NCBI GenBank assembly: GCA_964445435.1
Contig: CAYUKU010000005.1
Span: 6,627 to 70,626, forward strand
Source: an uncultured Gammaproteobacteria bacterium
Lineage (GTDB): Bacteria; Patescibacteriota; Microgenomatia; UBA10105; UBA927
Length of the DNA: 64,000 bases
Direction of reading: 5' to 3'
Shown: positions 46,878 to 57,080 of the stretch, one piece after another
Layout: each line of letters begins with the position of its first letter
Position numbering within the stretch: the stretch's first letter is position 1
Position numbers and translations under genes: made by a program
The notes under the pieces: generated by a model
Seen by the model: the letters and a program-made list of their open reading frames with translations, nothing else
The model's database searches: none
What the model was told of the DNA's origin: nothing

Positions 46878-47693
46878 ATGCGTAGCACTCCCGGTCTTAT
46901 AGTGCTATTTGGATCCGGCGAGATGTCTCCGACCGGTCGCAAGATTCACGAGGCGATCTTTCAAAGACTCGGATTTAAGCCACCGGTTCGTGTGGGAATC
47001 CTCGAGACGCCGACCGGGTTTGAGGTTAATGCGATTCACGGGTGGCCCGAGCGCATGGAAAAGTTTTTTGAGAAGAGTCTTCGTAATTTCAAGCCCGCGG
47101 TAACGCGCATCCGCGCCTGGAGACGGGACGGCCTTCACAGCACAAATGACGAGATGACGACCCAGCCGATTCTGTCTTCAGACTACCTGTACTGCGGCGC
47201 CGGATCACCGGGCTACACCATCAGACACCTCAGAGACACCAAGGCATATGAGAAGCTCAAACGTCTCCAGCGGCAAGGCGGTGTCCTGTGTCTGGGATCC
47301 GCAACAGCAGTTGCCATAAGCAGATTTGCCATACCGGTATATGAGATTTTCAAGGCCGGGGAAGACCTCCACTGGCTGGACGGTCTGGATATGCTTTCAG
47401 AATGGCTTCCCAATCTGGCAATCGTTCCGCACTGGAATAATAGAGAAGGAGAAGATTTCGATACGACGCGCTGCTGGATGGGGGAGGCGCGGTTCGACAA
47501 GCTCGTAAGCCTGCTGCCGCCCGAGGCAGGCATCCTGGGCATCGATGAGCAGACGGCATGCGTTCTTGACGTGACGGGAAAATCAGTAGAAGTAACGGGT
47601 ATAGGAAATGCGTACGTACTGCGTGCAGGAAAAAGGATTACATTCAAAAGCGGGAGCACGTTTCCGTTTTCTTTCCTTACTTCACCGGGGTGA
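46878..47693 (+). CDS. peptidase S51 / type-1 glutamine-amidotransferase-like protein (cyanophycinase- or PepE-like)
   Basis: LIVLFGSGEM N-terminus and GGVLCLGSATA. Confidence 0.55.
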   Translation: MRSTPGLIVLFGSGEMSPTGRKIHEAIFQRLGFKPPVRVGILETPTGFEVNAIHGWPERMEKFFEKSLRNFKPAVTRIRAWRRDGLHSTNDEMTTQPILSSDYLYCGAGSPGYTIRHLRDTKAYEKLKRLQRQGGVLCLGSATAVAISRFAIPVYEIFKAGEDLHWLDGLDMLSEWLPNLAIVPHWNNREGEDFDTTRCWMGEARFDKLVSLLPPEAGILGIDEQTACVLDVTGKSVEVTGIGNAYVLRAGKRITFKSGSTFPFSFLTSPG

Positions 47694-48060
47694 TGGCAAG
47701 CGCAGTCACGGAATGACTGGAGATAAGAAACGTCTTGGAGTCGATATTGACTTTCACCATTTGTCCCGGGGTGACGGAAGCCATATTGAAGGCAGCGGGA
47801 ACAGTCACGGTCCACCTCCCCAAATCTTGGGGGCTTCCTTCGCGGTTTTCATCCGAGAGAAACACGCGATCAAGCGTGAGTGTTCCGTCTGCTTCGTTGA
47901 CGGCGCTGACGGTGCCATTGAGTTCAAGCGTTTTGACGACGGCCGCGCGGGCCCGGACGTCCGTTGATGAAGAGGAGGATGTTCGCGAGAGAAGTGAGAC
48001 CATCGCGATAGCAAGGATGATGAGAAGGACGCTTCCCAGAAGAAGGACGTTTTTGCTCAT
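47677..48060 (-). CDS. membrane-anchored secreted protein, function unknown
   Basis: Starts MSKNVLLLGSVLLIILAIAMVSL (signal anchor). The ORF-track extension to 48174 runs into repeat A2. Confidence 0.5.
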   Translation of the reverse strand: MSKNVLLLGSVLLIILAIAMVSLLSRTSSSSSTDVRARAAVVKTLELNGTVSAVNEADGTLTLDRVFLSDENREGSPQDLGRWTVTVPAAFNMASVTPGQMVKVNIDSKTFLISSHSVTALAITPVK

Positions 48061-48206
48061 ACCGGGTTGTGAAATTTTGACCTTTGCCTTAACGCGTTTG
48101 TTCTGAACATGCAGCTTCCTTTCCTGTCGAATGAACTTTTTTCCTGACCAGAGAGTCTCTCCACGCGCAGGCAAAGAACAAAGCGCGTGTCGAAATTCTA
48201 CTTAGC
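48061..48206. repeat. Family A element, copy A2 (about 146 bp)
   Basis: ACCGGGTTGTGAAATTTTGAC...CTTTGCCTTAACGC...GCGCAGGCAAAG...GTGTCGAAATTCTACT. About 80% identical to A1. The left end abuts the start codon of 47677-48060. Confidence 0.8.
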
Positions 48207-48254
48207 ATATCTACATTGTTCCATTCCCATAACACCATGTCAAGCTGTTTCAGG

Positions 48255-48283
48255 TTGTCCGACGTACTTGTATACGATACAAT
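48255..48283 (+). promoter_or_regulatory. promoter TTGTCC-17-TACAAT, leaderless start at 48290
   Basis: The -10 box ends 6 nt before the ATG. Confidence 0.5.
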
Positions 48284-48289
48284 CAGTAA

Positions 48290-49474
48290 ATGAAGTCGCT
48301 TACTGCCAACAGGAATCTTCTTATCATTGCCCTTATCGCCATCGTCAATGCGTTGGGGTACGGCATTATCATTCCTGTTTTATACTCGTATTCGCAGCGG
48401 TTCGGGCTTTCCGATTTTCAGAACGGACTTCTGTTTTCCACGTTTTCGCTTTTTCAATTTTTCTCAACGCCGGTTATCGGGAGGCTCTCTGATATGTACG
48501 GCAGGAAGCCGCTTCTGGTTCTGTCCATTCTCGGTACGGCGGTGTCTTTTTTCCTTATGGCGTTTGCGCCGTCTTCCATATTCCTTTTCCTTGCCCGCGC
48601 GCTTGACGGAATTACGGCCGGCAACATTCCCGTTGCGTCTGCCGTTATCTCAGATACCACCGAACCGAAAGACAGGGCAAAGGGATTTGGGATCATCGGC
48701 GCCTCATTCGGATTCGGATTTGTCTTCGGTCCTGCCATCTCAGCACTCACCCTGGGCTTGGGAGCCAATGTGCCGTTTATTATCGCGGGTCTTGTGGCCC
48801 TGATTGCCGCAGGTGTGACGGCCGCAGCACTTCCTGAGACAAACAAGCACATAGGCCTGGTGAAACACGAGAAACTCTTCGATCTGTCGCATCTTGTTTC
48901 GGCGCTCTTCGATAAAAACATCGGGACGACGCTTCTTGTTTCATTCATATACACGATGGCGTTTGGGTTGGTCATATACGCCTATCAACCTCTTGCCGTA
49001 CGGGTTCTCGGGATGAGCCCCGCCCAGGTATCATTGAACTTCACACTCATCGGTATTGTTGGGCTTCTCTCTCAAGTTCTTATTATCCCGAGGGTTGTTC
49101 GCAGATTCGGAGATACCGGCACGCTTTCGAAGGCTCTTATCCTTGAGACCCTCGTCCTTCTGGGATTTTTCTTTACCCGGTCGATCGGCGTCATGATGGT
49201 GGTGACGGTTTTCCACGCGCTTGCCAATGCGTTTGTCAACCCGCTGATCGGGGCGCTTTTATCCAAAGAAGTCGATGAACACTCTCAGGGCGCCATTCAG
49301 GGGGTGAATGCGGCGTACATGAGCATCGGACTTATCCTGGGGCCTATTGTTGGAGGAACGCTTGCGTCACTTCTGGTGCCGCTTCCGTTTCTGGCAGGAA
49401 GTATCGGTGTATTTGGCTGTGTCTGGCTTGCCCTCCAGATTCAAAAACGTGTCCACGTGCGGGCGACGCTTTAA
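48290..49474 (+). CDS. MFS transporter
   Basis: 12-TM pattern and an MFS motif A-like GRLSDMYGRK. Confidence 0.85.
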   Translation: MKSLTANRNLLIIALIAIVNALGYGIIIPVLYSYSQRFGLSDFQNGLLFSTFSLFQFFSTPVIGRLSDMYGRKPLLVLSILGTAVSFFLMAFAPSSIFLFLARALDGITAGNIPVASAVISDTTEPKDRAKGFGIIGASFGFGFVFGPAISALTLGLGANVPFIIAGLVALIAAGVTAAALPETNKHIGLVKHEKLFDLSHLVSALFDKNIGTTLLVSFIYTMAFGLVIYAYQPLAVRVLGMSPAQVSLNFTLIGIVGLLSQVLIIPRVVRRFGDTGTLSKALILETLVLLGFFFTRSIGVMMVVTVFHALANAFVNPLIGALLSKEVDEHSQGAIQGVNAAYMSIGLILGPIVGGTLASLLVPLPFLAGSIGVFGCVWLALQIQKRVHVRATL

Positions 49475-49475
49475 C

Positions 49476-49799
49476 CTACTTTTCCCGGGAGTTTTGGAAG
49501 ACGGCAAGCGCAAGTCCGATAAGAAGCGCCACCACGAGCATATTGGATAGCCCCGCGATGGTGATAATCCCGAAAATTGACAGAAGCCAGAGAATAACCA
49601 GCACAAACGCTACCTGCCTTAGAGGATCAGGAAGCGACTCCATCGCCCAGGCAATCACAAGAAACAGAAGAATCTCCCACAACGTCACGCGGTGACCGAG
49701 GATCGTGAAAAGTACGCGGTTATGGAATATCAGCCAGGGAATCTGCACAAATCCCAGAAGCCAGAGAAGAAGCAGGATGACGAGAATCGTTCCTACCAT
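49476..49799 (-). CDS. small integral membrane protein
   Basis: 107 aa with three hydrophobic helices, downstream of pepD on the same strand. Confidence 0.4.
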   Translation of the reverse strand: MVGTILVILLLLWLLGFVQIPWLIFHNRVLFTILGHRVTLWEILLFLVIAWAMESLPDPLRQVAFVLVILWLLSIFGIITIAGLSNMLVVALLIGLALAVFQNSREK

Positions 49800-49821
49800 A
49801 CCCCTAGTATACAGGAAAATA

Positions 49822-51354
49822 TTATTGCACGTTTCTCTCAGCGAGTTGTTCGAGGAATTTCATGAGGACGGCGTATAAATCCACGACGGATTGGACATTG
49901 ACTCGCTCTGTCGTTTTGTGCGGATTTTCAATGGTCGGTCCGATGGAGACGGAAATCAAGTGAGGATACAGAAGCGCTATGGTGCCACATTCGAGTCCGG
50001 CGTGGGTACCCGTCAGTTTAAACGGGAGACCGAGAGATTCGTACGTCTCTTTGAGGATATGAATAAGTTCGCTCTCATCGTCTGCGACCCAGCCTTTGAA
50101 GTCATTGGATTGCTCCACTGCGGCGCCGTATTTTTCCCCGATTCGGGCGATTACTTCCCGGATTTGTTCCCGGTGATCTTCGCTGATACTCCGGGACATG
50201 GAGGTGACTTCAATGGCTTCCTCGGTTTGCCGTACGAGCGCCATGTTCGTCGAGGTATCGATGACACCAGGGAATTCTTCGCTCATGTGCCGGACACCAT
50301 GCGGCACATCAGTGAGAAGCTCAAGGAGCGTATGTGCTGATGCGTCTGTGAGCGCCTCGGTATACGTGCCTTGCTCAATTGTTGTAGCTTTCATTGTGAT
50401 GCCGGGTTCGTAATGCATATTTCTGCGGAAGAAAAGCTGCCACTGGTCGATGAATTGTTCAAACGCTTCTTCATATTGCGGGTCGTAGGCGATAATTGCG
50501 CGGGAGCGGGGAGGGATAGCATTTTTGGCGGTGCCACCCTCCACCAATATGAATTTAGCCGAGAGTTCGCCTTGCGCGGTCTTAAGGACGCTTGTCAGGA
50601 GTTTCAGAGCATTTTCGCGGGTCTGTGCGATATCAAGTCCAGAGTGTCCTCCGAGAAGTCCGTCAAGATCGATTTGTGCGACGCGAAGGTTCGGGTCGAG
50701 CGTTTCTTTCTCGATTGCGAGAGTCATCTTCGTATCGCCGCCGCAGGCGCTTGAGATAGCTGCCTCATTTTCCCGTTCCCAGTCAAGATTCACGAGATAC
50801 GTATATTGGGAAAGATCGAATGCGAGCGCTTTGGCGCCGTCCATACTCGTTTCTTCTTGGGTGGTGAAGAGAAATGCCATGTCGCCATGCGGTGCCTCGG
50901 TTTTCATGAGGGTGAGCATGGTTGCAATCGCAATACCGTTATCGGCTCCGAGGGTTGAGTCTATGGACGTCAGCCATTCTCCTGTAGCGTCAAGTCCAGG
51001 AACGACCCCTTCCGTTTCCGGATGTGTGAGCGCCTTTTTGCCGGCGTCACACACCATGTCCATATGCCCTTGAAAGACTATGCCCGGCAGGTGGTCATAG
51101 CCTTCGGTTGCCCTGACGCGCACAAGGAGATTGCCGATGTCATCATGTTCTACGGCGAAACCTTCGGCCAGAGCTTTCTCGGAGATATACTCCGCCATGA
51201 ATTCTTCCTGCTCGCTTTTTCGGGGGATGGGGCATACGCCCAGGATAAATTCGCGGAATATCGCCTCCGCTTCGGGCGGTAATTCTTTGCGCTCGGCAAG
51301 CTCGGCAAACGTTCGCTCCCGAATTTCAGTTGCGCTTGGTGCTCCCGTGTTCAT
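49822..51354 (-). CDS. pepD: aminoacyl-histidine dipeptidase (M20C, PepD-like)
   Basis: The N-terminal region aligns with E. coli PepD (FxEFxxICxIPRxS, GxVFQGHMDMV). Start trimmed to the Met at 51354. Confidence 0.8.
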   Translation of the reverse strand: MNTGAPSATEIRERTFAELAERKELPPEAEAIFREFILGVCPIPRKSEQEEFMAEYISEKALAEGFAVEHDDIGNLLVRVRATEGYDHLPGIVFQGHMDMVCDAGKKALTHPETEGVVPGLDATGEWLTSIDSTLGADNGIAIATMLTLMKTEAPHGDMAFLFTTQEETSMDGAKALAFDLSQYTYLVNLDWERENEAAISSACGGDTKMTLAIEKETLDPNLRVAQIDLDGLLGGHSGLDIAQTRENALKLLTSVLKTAQGELSAKFILVEGGTAKNAIPPRSRAIIAYDPQYEEAFEQFIDQWQLFFRRNMHYEPGITMKATTIEQGTYTEALTDASAHTLLELLTDVPHGVRHMSEEFPGVIDTSTNMALVRQTEEAIEVTSMSRSISEDHREQIREVIARIGEKYGAAVEQSNDFKGWVADDESELIHILKETYESLGLPFKLTGTHAGLECGTIALLYPHLISVSIGPTIENPHKTTERVNVQSVVDLYAVLMKFLEQLAERNVQ

Positions 51355-51436
51355 AGGGTACGAAAAAGCCGCTTTCCGGCGGCAGTTGAGAAGGAGTATA
51401 CGGCGGAAAGCAGGTGCTGTCAACGAAGGAGAACGG

Positions 51437-52714
51437 TTAGTTGTCAGGCAAAAGTGAAGCAAGGGAAAAATCCGGTCGTACCCACTCTGGGGGTGGGGCA
51501 ATTTCAACTCGACGCAGTTGGTTAGCCACGCGGTGAACGAATTCATAAATAAGTTCGCCGTTTCTAGCACCGTGGCGGAACGCTTCGGCTACAACCGCTG
51601 CATGATCGACATCTGCACTTCCGCTTCCGACGATGTCCGTGGGAAGGGCAATAAGAAGGAGCGGGAAATCCGGTTCGAAGTAATGATCGTCTCCGTTTAC
51701 GTGATGTCTTGCGATAGTCTGCCTGATAACATCCGCTTCGAATGACAGGCCCATATCGTAGAAAAGCGATGTGACGAGGAGAGATTCAAACATTTCTTTC
51801 GCCTGCGCATCCAAGTGATGGGCTACGTGCGAGAAAGCTGCCAGCGCAAATCCGCGGTCAAGTTCTCCCTGATATGAGGTAGTGCCGACGGTTCCCAGTG
51901 CTGCGGCGGGTCCGACCCTGATGTCCCTATTTGACGCAAGCTTAAAGAAAAGTTTTGCAAGGGAGCCGTCGGAGGCACGGCCCAATTTGGGCTGGAATCG
52001 TTCGCCGATAAGTGGATCCAGAAGATTTCTGGGTCCCGCTCCAGCGCTCAGGCCGGCTCTTCCACCGGCTGCTTCAGTATGATCGATGACGATACCAAGA
52101 TCGCCGGGTCTGAGCGGTGATTCTTCATCAACGCCGATCAAGTATGTGCATACAATCGCGCACTCCTGGCCTCGCTCCCGCTGCCGTCGCGCGAGTTCTT
52201 TTATGACATTAAACGGCCTGGCATAATTGAGTTCCGCAAATGCCTGGCCGATACCGGAGTACGGGTGCGCACGACCGAAGAACAGAAGCGCGCTTTGCTT
52301 TTCATCGATGGGAAGCGATTTAGCCTGCCCCGCATGGCCACCTATGTCCGCCGGCTGGAAATAAGGGAGTGGTCCTTTTTTGTCTCCATATGTCCCCAAG
52401 TAGACTGCATCCTCCGGTCCGTCAAAGCCCGCAGTATAGTACACAAACACAGTCGGCAGGGGGATGCCAAGTCGATTGTGTTCTTCTTCTATCATGTCTG
52501 CCTGAGTTTTGATGAGAAACAGTTCCTGGACTTGAGCGGCCTGCGAGAGTTCCCAGAGGTTCCTTGCATCCAGTTCAGGCGCTATACGATGGAGAAATTC
52601 AGGACGCAGAGGATTGCCGTCTTCTTCTTTGCGCCCGGTAACGGCAGCAGTAAATGCTGCTGATGGAATAAGTGTTTCCTCTGGCATCGTTGTGGTAGAG
52701 CAGGCCACTGGCAT
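51437..52714 (-). CDS. hypothetical protein (425 aa)
   Basis: Long ORF co-directional with pepD. No confident motif. Confidence 0.45.
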   Translation of the reverse strand: MPVACSTTTMPEETLIPSAAFTAAVTGRKEEDGNPLRPEFLHRIAPELDARNLWELSQAAQVQELFLIKTQADMIEEEHNRLGIPLPTVFVYYTAGFDGPEDAVYLGTYGDKKGPLPYFQPADIGGHAGQAKSLPIDEKQSALLFFGRAHPYSGIGQAFAELNYARPFNVIKELARRQRERGQECAIVCTYLIGVDEESPLRPGDLGIVIDHTEAAGGRAGLSAGAGPRNLLDPLIGERFQPKLGRASDGSLAKLFFKLASNRDIRVGPAAALGTVGTTSYQGELDRGFALAAFSHVAHHLDAQAKEMFESLLVTSLFYDMGLSFEADVIRQTIARHHVNGDDHYFEPDFPLLLIALPTDIVGSGSADVDHAAVVAEAFRHGARNGELIYEFVHRVANQLRRVEIAPPPEWVRPDFSLASLLPDN

Positions 52715-52854
52715 CCTACGCCAACGTTATCAATCAAGTCAAGGGCCTGCTTGACAGGGTGATGGTCCTGTGCCAGAATCCGCTCAGTATTCATTCTGCC
52801 CCATAGTTTTTATGGCATCAGAACAGGTTATAGAAGCGTTAGGTTCGCGACCGG

Positions 52855-54546
52855 ATGGCGCTAAATACGTTGATGCGTGGGGCCGAAAACCTCAAGCGAT
52901 TCGATGCCGTTGAGAGAGACTCCATTGCCGGCCTTCTGGAAGTAGACAGGATTACGAACGAAATATTTGCCCAGGACGCTGCGTTTGGAGCCCTGCGTGA
53001 TACGCTTGGAGAAACTGACGAGATGCACGCTCTCGTTGTTCGCGCGGTGACGACGCATAATTTCCCTTCCCAGTCGGAGTACGAAGATAAGTACGACACG
53101 CTTCTTCTTGCTTCGCATGTGAAGGAACAGTTAAGCCGCGCATATATAAGCCGTCTTGTGGAAACCGGCGCAACGTTTGGGCTGGAAGAGTGGGAGCGCG
53201 ATGTGCTCGTGACCGCCTGCCAGGTTGGCGGTTTCTACGACGAGCTGTGTGACAGGTGGCGCCGCGACGTCCAGAAAAATCCCCTCAATGAACAGGCCAA
53301 AGAGCTCGGATTCACCAATCCGTATACCGTTATACTGAATCGCGTAGTCGGTGGGCCCGAAGAAGTTCCATGGTCGAAGGCATATCCTCAAGAGATTGAA
53401 AAAATTACGGATCAATGGATGCTCCTTATTGAGAGGCTTCTGGAAGGGGAGCCTTCAGGGGAGCAGCGTGCCATGGCGAACTTTCTTCGGACGTATGTCA
53501 CGGCGCTGGGAAGTACCGACGAGGCAAATCTTCCCGAGCTTTGGCGTGAAGTTGATAGAAGTTGGATGAAAGTCACGGGTCGCGTGCAACCCATCCCTTC
53601 CCGCGAATTTGATTATTACGACAAAAACAAGCTTCGCGTATTTCCCGATTTCCGATTGGCTATCCTGGTCGACGATTCGTTGACACAGGCGTGCCGTCCG
53701 ACGCAAGCTGCACAGGTGAAATACCTGTCGCGTCTTTTCCGCCAGTCAAGGGTATTCCAGCAGACGCTTGATGGCATGTCACGCGTCCAGTTATTGCCGA
53801 ATATGTATGACATCGTCTTTTCGGGATCCCTTGATTTCCAACCGGCCGGACAGTCGCTCCCCAATGAGCAAAAAGTCCGTGACCAGGAGGGGACGAAAGT
53901 ATTTCTCAATGAGAGCGCGATGAAAAGCAGGTGGGCCGTCGCGCTTGAGGCGGCAGCCAAAACATTTGGAGAGGATATGCCGCTTTTTGAACGAGTCGAC
54001 GTGCGGTTTGACGGACTTGTCATTATGACGGCAGGGCATGAATACGGTGAGCCGCTGTTTAATGCAGAGTGGGTGACGGAAGCTCTGGGATCGGAGACGG
54101 TTGCCATGCTCAATGAGGATCTGGCGACACAAACGATCACGGCAATTCTTCCCATGTGGGAGAATGATACGAGCGATATTTCGAGACGCGATTTGCAAAT
54201 GCACGCGATGTATCTTCTCGGAAATTACCTTCGTTACATTGCCCTGGCTCGGGGATCAGAACACCTGCGCCCGTACTATGAGGGCATGGGGCTCTTGGGA
54301 CTGCGGCGTATGATAGAGTCTGGGTTTATCTTCCAGGATGCGAGAAAGAATTGGCACGTCGACATGAGTAAGTTGGACGAGTTCTATGAGGCATCGCTTC
54401 GTGATCTGCAAACGCAGGTTGAGATCGCGGAAAACGGCGATCAGATGCTTGCGACCCGATACCTTGCGCCCGCCGAATACATGGAGAAGCTTCCCGCGAT
54501 TGCCGATCTGATAGCAAAAATTTCCGCCAAACCCGCAACTGTCTGA
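52855..54546 (+). CDS. hypothetical protein (563 aa), possible metallohydrolase (HEYGE)
   Basis: Long ORF with a TAGHEYGEP segment. A TTGACA-17-CAGAAT promoter candidate lies upstream. Confidence 0.45.
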   Translation: MALNTLMRGAENLKRFDAVERDSIAGLLEVDRITNEIFAQDAAFGALRDTLGETDEMHALVVRAVTTHNFPSQSEYEDKYDTLLLASHVKEQLSRAYISRLVETGATFGLEEWERDVLVTACQVGGFYDELCDRWRRDVQKNPLNEQAKELGFTNPYTVILNRVVGGPEEVPWSKAYPQEIEKITDQWMLLIERLLEGEPSGEQRAMANFLRTYVTALGSTDEANLPELWREVDRSWMKVTGRVQPIPSREFDYYDKNKLRVFPDFRLAILVDDSLTQACRPTQAAQVKYLSRLFRQSRVFQQTLDGMSRVQLLPNMYDIVFSGSLDFQPAGQSLPNEQKVRDQEGTKVFLNESAMKSRWAVALEAAAKTFGEDMPLFERVDVRFDGLVIMTAGHEYGEPLFNAEWVTEALGSETVAMLNEDLATQTITAILPMWENDTSDISRRDLQMHAMYLLGNYLRYIALARGSEHLRPYYEGMGLLGLRRMIESGFIFQDARKNWHVDMSKLDEFYEASLRDLQTQVEIAENGDQMLATRYLAPAEYMEKLPAIADLIAKISAKPATV

Positions 54547-54557
54547 TACAATAATTC

Positions 54558-55478
54558 GTGATGCGTCACCTCACCTACGACTGGGACCTGTCTGCTAGAG
54601 AAATTCTTTCGCTTTTCCGTGCCGCAGCCGATCTGAAAGCCAAGCAAAAAAAAGGAATGTTCCCGACACTTCTTCAGGGTAAATCGCTTGCGATGATTTT
54701 CGCCAAACCCTCCACGCGTACCCGCGTGAGTTTCGAAGTCGGCATGACCCAGTTGGGCGGACATGCGCTATACCTTGGCCCGAATGATCTTCAGCTTTCC
54801 CGCGGGGAGACGATCGCCGATACCGCGCGCGTACTGTCGCGGTATGTTGACGGCATCATGGCCCGCGTGTTTGCCCAGAGCGATATAGAGGACCTTGCTG
54901 CACATTCGACAGTGCCCGTTATCAACGGATTGTCAGATGCCTATCATCCCTGCCAGGGACTGACTGACATGTTTACCATCTGGGAAAGGAAAAAGTCCCT
55001 TAAGGGCGTGCGAATCGCGTTTGTGGGCGACGGGGACAACAACGTCACCAATTCACTTCTTCTTTTATCCGCGCGGCTCGGTATCCCAATGACGGTTTCC
55101 TCACCCAAACAATATCAGGTGAGCAGTGCGGTTCTTGCTAGGGCACGAAAAGAAGCACGGAAAACCGGCGCGGACATATCGCTTGTTTCTGATCCCCGAG
55201 AAGCGGTTGACGGCGCCAATGTCGTGGTAACGGATGTGTGGGTGAGCATGGGAAGGTCAGATGCCAACAAGCGGAAAAAAGCACTTTCTCCCTATCAACT
55301 TAATGGAAAACTTCTTTCGTATGCCGCACGTGATGCCGTCGTCATGCATTGCCTTCCCGCTCACAGGGGAGAAGAGATTACCGATGGGGTCATAGACGGC
55401 CCGCAGTCGCTCGTATGGGAAGAAGCGGAAAACAGACTCCATGTCCAAAAAGCTCTCCTCGTAAAGCTCCTCGGCTAG
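54558..55478 (+). CDS. argF: ornithine carbamoyltransferase
   Basis: STRTRVSFE carbamoyl-phosphate-binding motif and HCLP. Confidence 0.9.
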   Translation: MMRHLTYDWDLSAREILSLFRAAADLKAKQKKGMFPTLLQGKSLAMIFAKPSTRTRVSFEVGMTQLGGHALYLGPNDLQLSRGETIADTARVLSRYVDGIMARVFAQSDIEDLAAHSTVPVINGLSDAYHPCQGLTDMFTIWERKKSLKGVRIAFVGDGDNNVTNSLLLLSARLGIPMTVSSPKQYQVSSAVLARARKEARKTGADISLVSDPREAVDGANVVVTDVWVSMGRSDANKRKKALSPYQLNGKLLSYAARDAVVMHCLPAHRGEEITDGVIDGPQSLVWEEAENRLHVQKALLVKLLG

Positions 55479-55542
55479 TATTTCCCATAACTTGACGGTG
55501 AGATAGATTACCGATATGCTGAACCCCTAAGGAGGTAGCTTT

Positions 55543-55908
55543 ATGTTATCGTTCAATTCACTTCTTCTTTTCTCTGAGAATCCCAAGAAGCTCGGCGAGT
55601 TTTATGAGAAAGTGTTTAACGTAGATGCATCGTGGGAGGATGGGGACTGGGTGGGATTTCAGGTAGGGAGTGGTTTTGTTTCCATCGGTTCCCATAGCGA
55701 GGTCAAGGGAAAAAACAAGAACCCCGCGCGCATGATGTTTAATCTGGAAACCGAGAACGTGCAGGAAGAATTCGACCGCATAAAAGGCTACGGCACCAAA
55801 GTGGTGGCAGAACCGTATCATCCTAACGAAGCTCCTGATATGCTGGTTGCCACGTTTGAGGATCCGGACGGCAACTATTTCCAGCTCATGAGCCCCATGA
55901 CTGTTTAG
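55543..55908 (+). CDS. VOC-family (glyoxalase/bleomycin-resistance-fold) protein
   Basis: 121 aa with a beta-alpha-beta-beta-beta-like pattern and FEDPDGNYFQL. Confidence 0.65.
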   Translation: MLSFNSLLLFSENPKKLGEFYEKVFNVDASWEDGDWVGFQVGSGFVSIGSHSEVKGKNKNPARMMFNLETENVQEEFDRIKGYGTKVVAEPYHPNEAPDMLVATFEDPDGNYFQLMSPMTV

Positions 55909-56116
55909 TGTACAATGAGCCGTAGTCGGAGCTCATCCACACCAGGTGTGTAAACATAGTCAGTCGGCCGAAGAAGCGTTTTTGGAAAAGCACTATAAAT
56001 CCATGCCCCGCACCATGCTTCGCTACGCCATCGAGAAGTTTTCTCCCGAAAAAAGAGCTTTCTACTTAAAGAAATAGCCTTCCAGGTCGCAGGCCCCGCA
56101 CTGCTATAATACACAA

Positions 56117-57076
56117 ATGAATATCTGGCAGAAGCTTCCCAAACCCATACTTGCGCTTGCCCCCATGGAGGACGTGACGGACACCGTCTTTCGACGCATC
56201 GTGGCCTCCTGCGCCCGGCCGGACATATTTTTCACGGAATTTACGAACGTTGATGGACTCGTATCCCAGGGTCGTGACGCGATTATTCATCGCCTCCGGT
56301 TTACTGATGAGGAACGGCCCATTATCGCTCAGCTTTGGGGTATGAAGCCGGATAACTACCGGACTGTTGCTTCGCAATTAGTTGATATGGGATTTGACGG
56401 CATTGACATAAATATGGGTTGTCCGGAACGTTCAGTTGTAGGTCACGGTGCATGTGCAGCGCTCATAAACACGCCAGACCTTGCAAGTGAGATTATAAAG
56501 GCAGTAAAGGAAGGAGCAGCAGGGAAGATTCCGGTAAGCGTAAAGACCAGAATCGGATACAAAAACATCTCAAATGAATGGATACCATTTTTACTCGAAC
56601 AACACTTAGATGCACTTACCGTACATGGGCGCACTGCCGCGGAAATGTCGAAATTTCCGGTTCACTGGGACGAGATTGCCCGGGCAGTTACGCTTCGAAA
56701 CGCGAAGAAGGTGGGCACCTTGATTCTTGGGAACGGAGACGTGAAAAGTGCTGAAGAGTCACTGGCGAAAATACAGACGTACGGACTGGACGGCATGATG
56801 ATGGGGCGAGCGGTTTTTGACGATCTGTACGCATTTGCGCGCGGACAAAAGCCGGTACGTACGGTTTTTTCGTATTTGACCATCATGAGAAGGCACGTTG
56901 AACTGTTTGAAGAAACATGGGGTGACACGAAAAACTATGCCATCCTTCGGAAGTTTTTTAAGATTTACGTCAGGGGCTTTGAGGGCGCGGGAGAGTGGCG
57001 AGAGCGCGTGATGGCGACCCGATCGCCCAGTGAGGTCTATCCGCTTATAGATGAGATGATGCGGATGGTACAATAA
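56117..57076 (+). CDS. dus: tRNA-dihydrouridine synthase
   Basis: LAPMEDVTD, DINMGCP and the catalytic Cys region. Confidence 0.9.
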   Translation: MNIWQKLPKPILALAPMEDVTDTVFRRIVASCARPDIFFTEFTNVDGLVSQGRDAIIHRLRFTDEERPIIAQLWGMKPDNYRTVASQLVDMGFDGIDINMGCPERSVVGHGACAALINTPDLASEIIKAVKEGAAGKIPVSVKTRIGYKNISNEWIPFLLEQHLDALTVHGRTAAEMSKFPVHWDEIARAVTLRNAKKVGTLILGNGDVKSAEESLAKIQTYGLDGMMMGRAVFDDLYAFARGQKPVRTVFSYLTIMRRHVELFEETWGDTKNYAILRKFFKIYVRGFEGAGEWRERVMATRSPSEVYPLIDEMMRMVQ

Positions 57077-57080
57077 AAAA

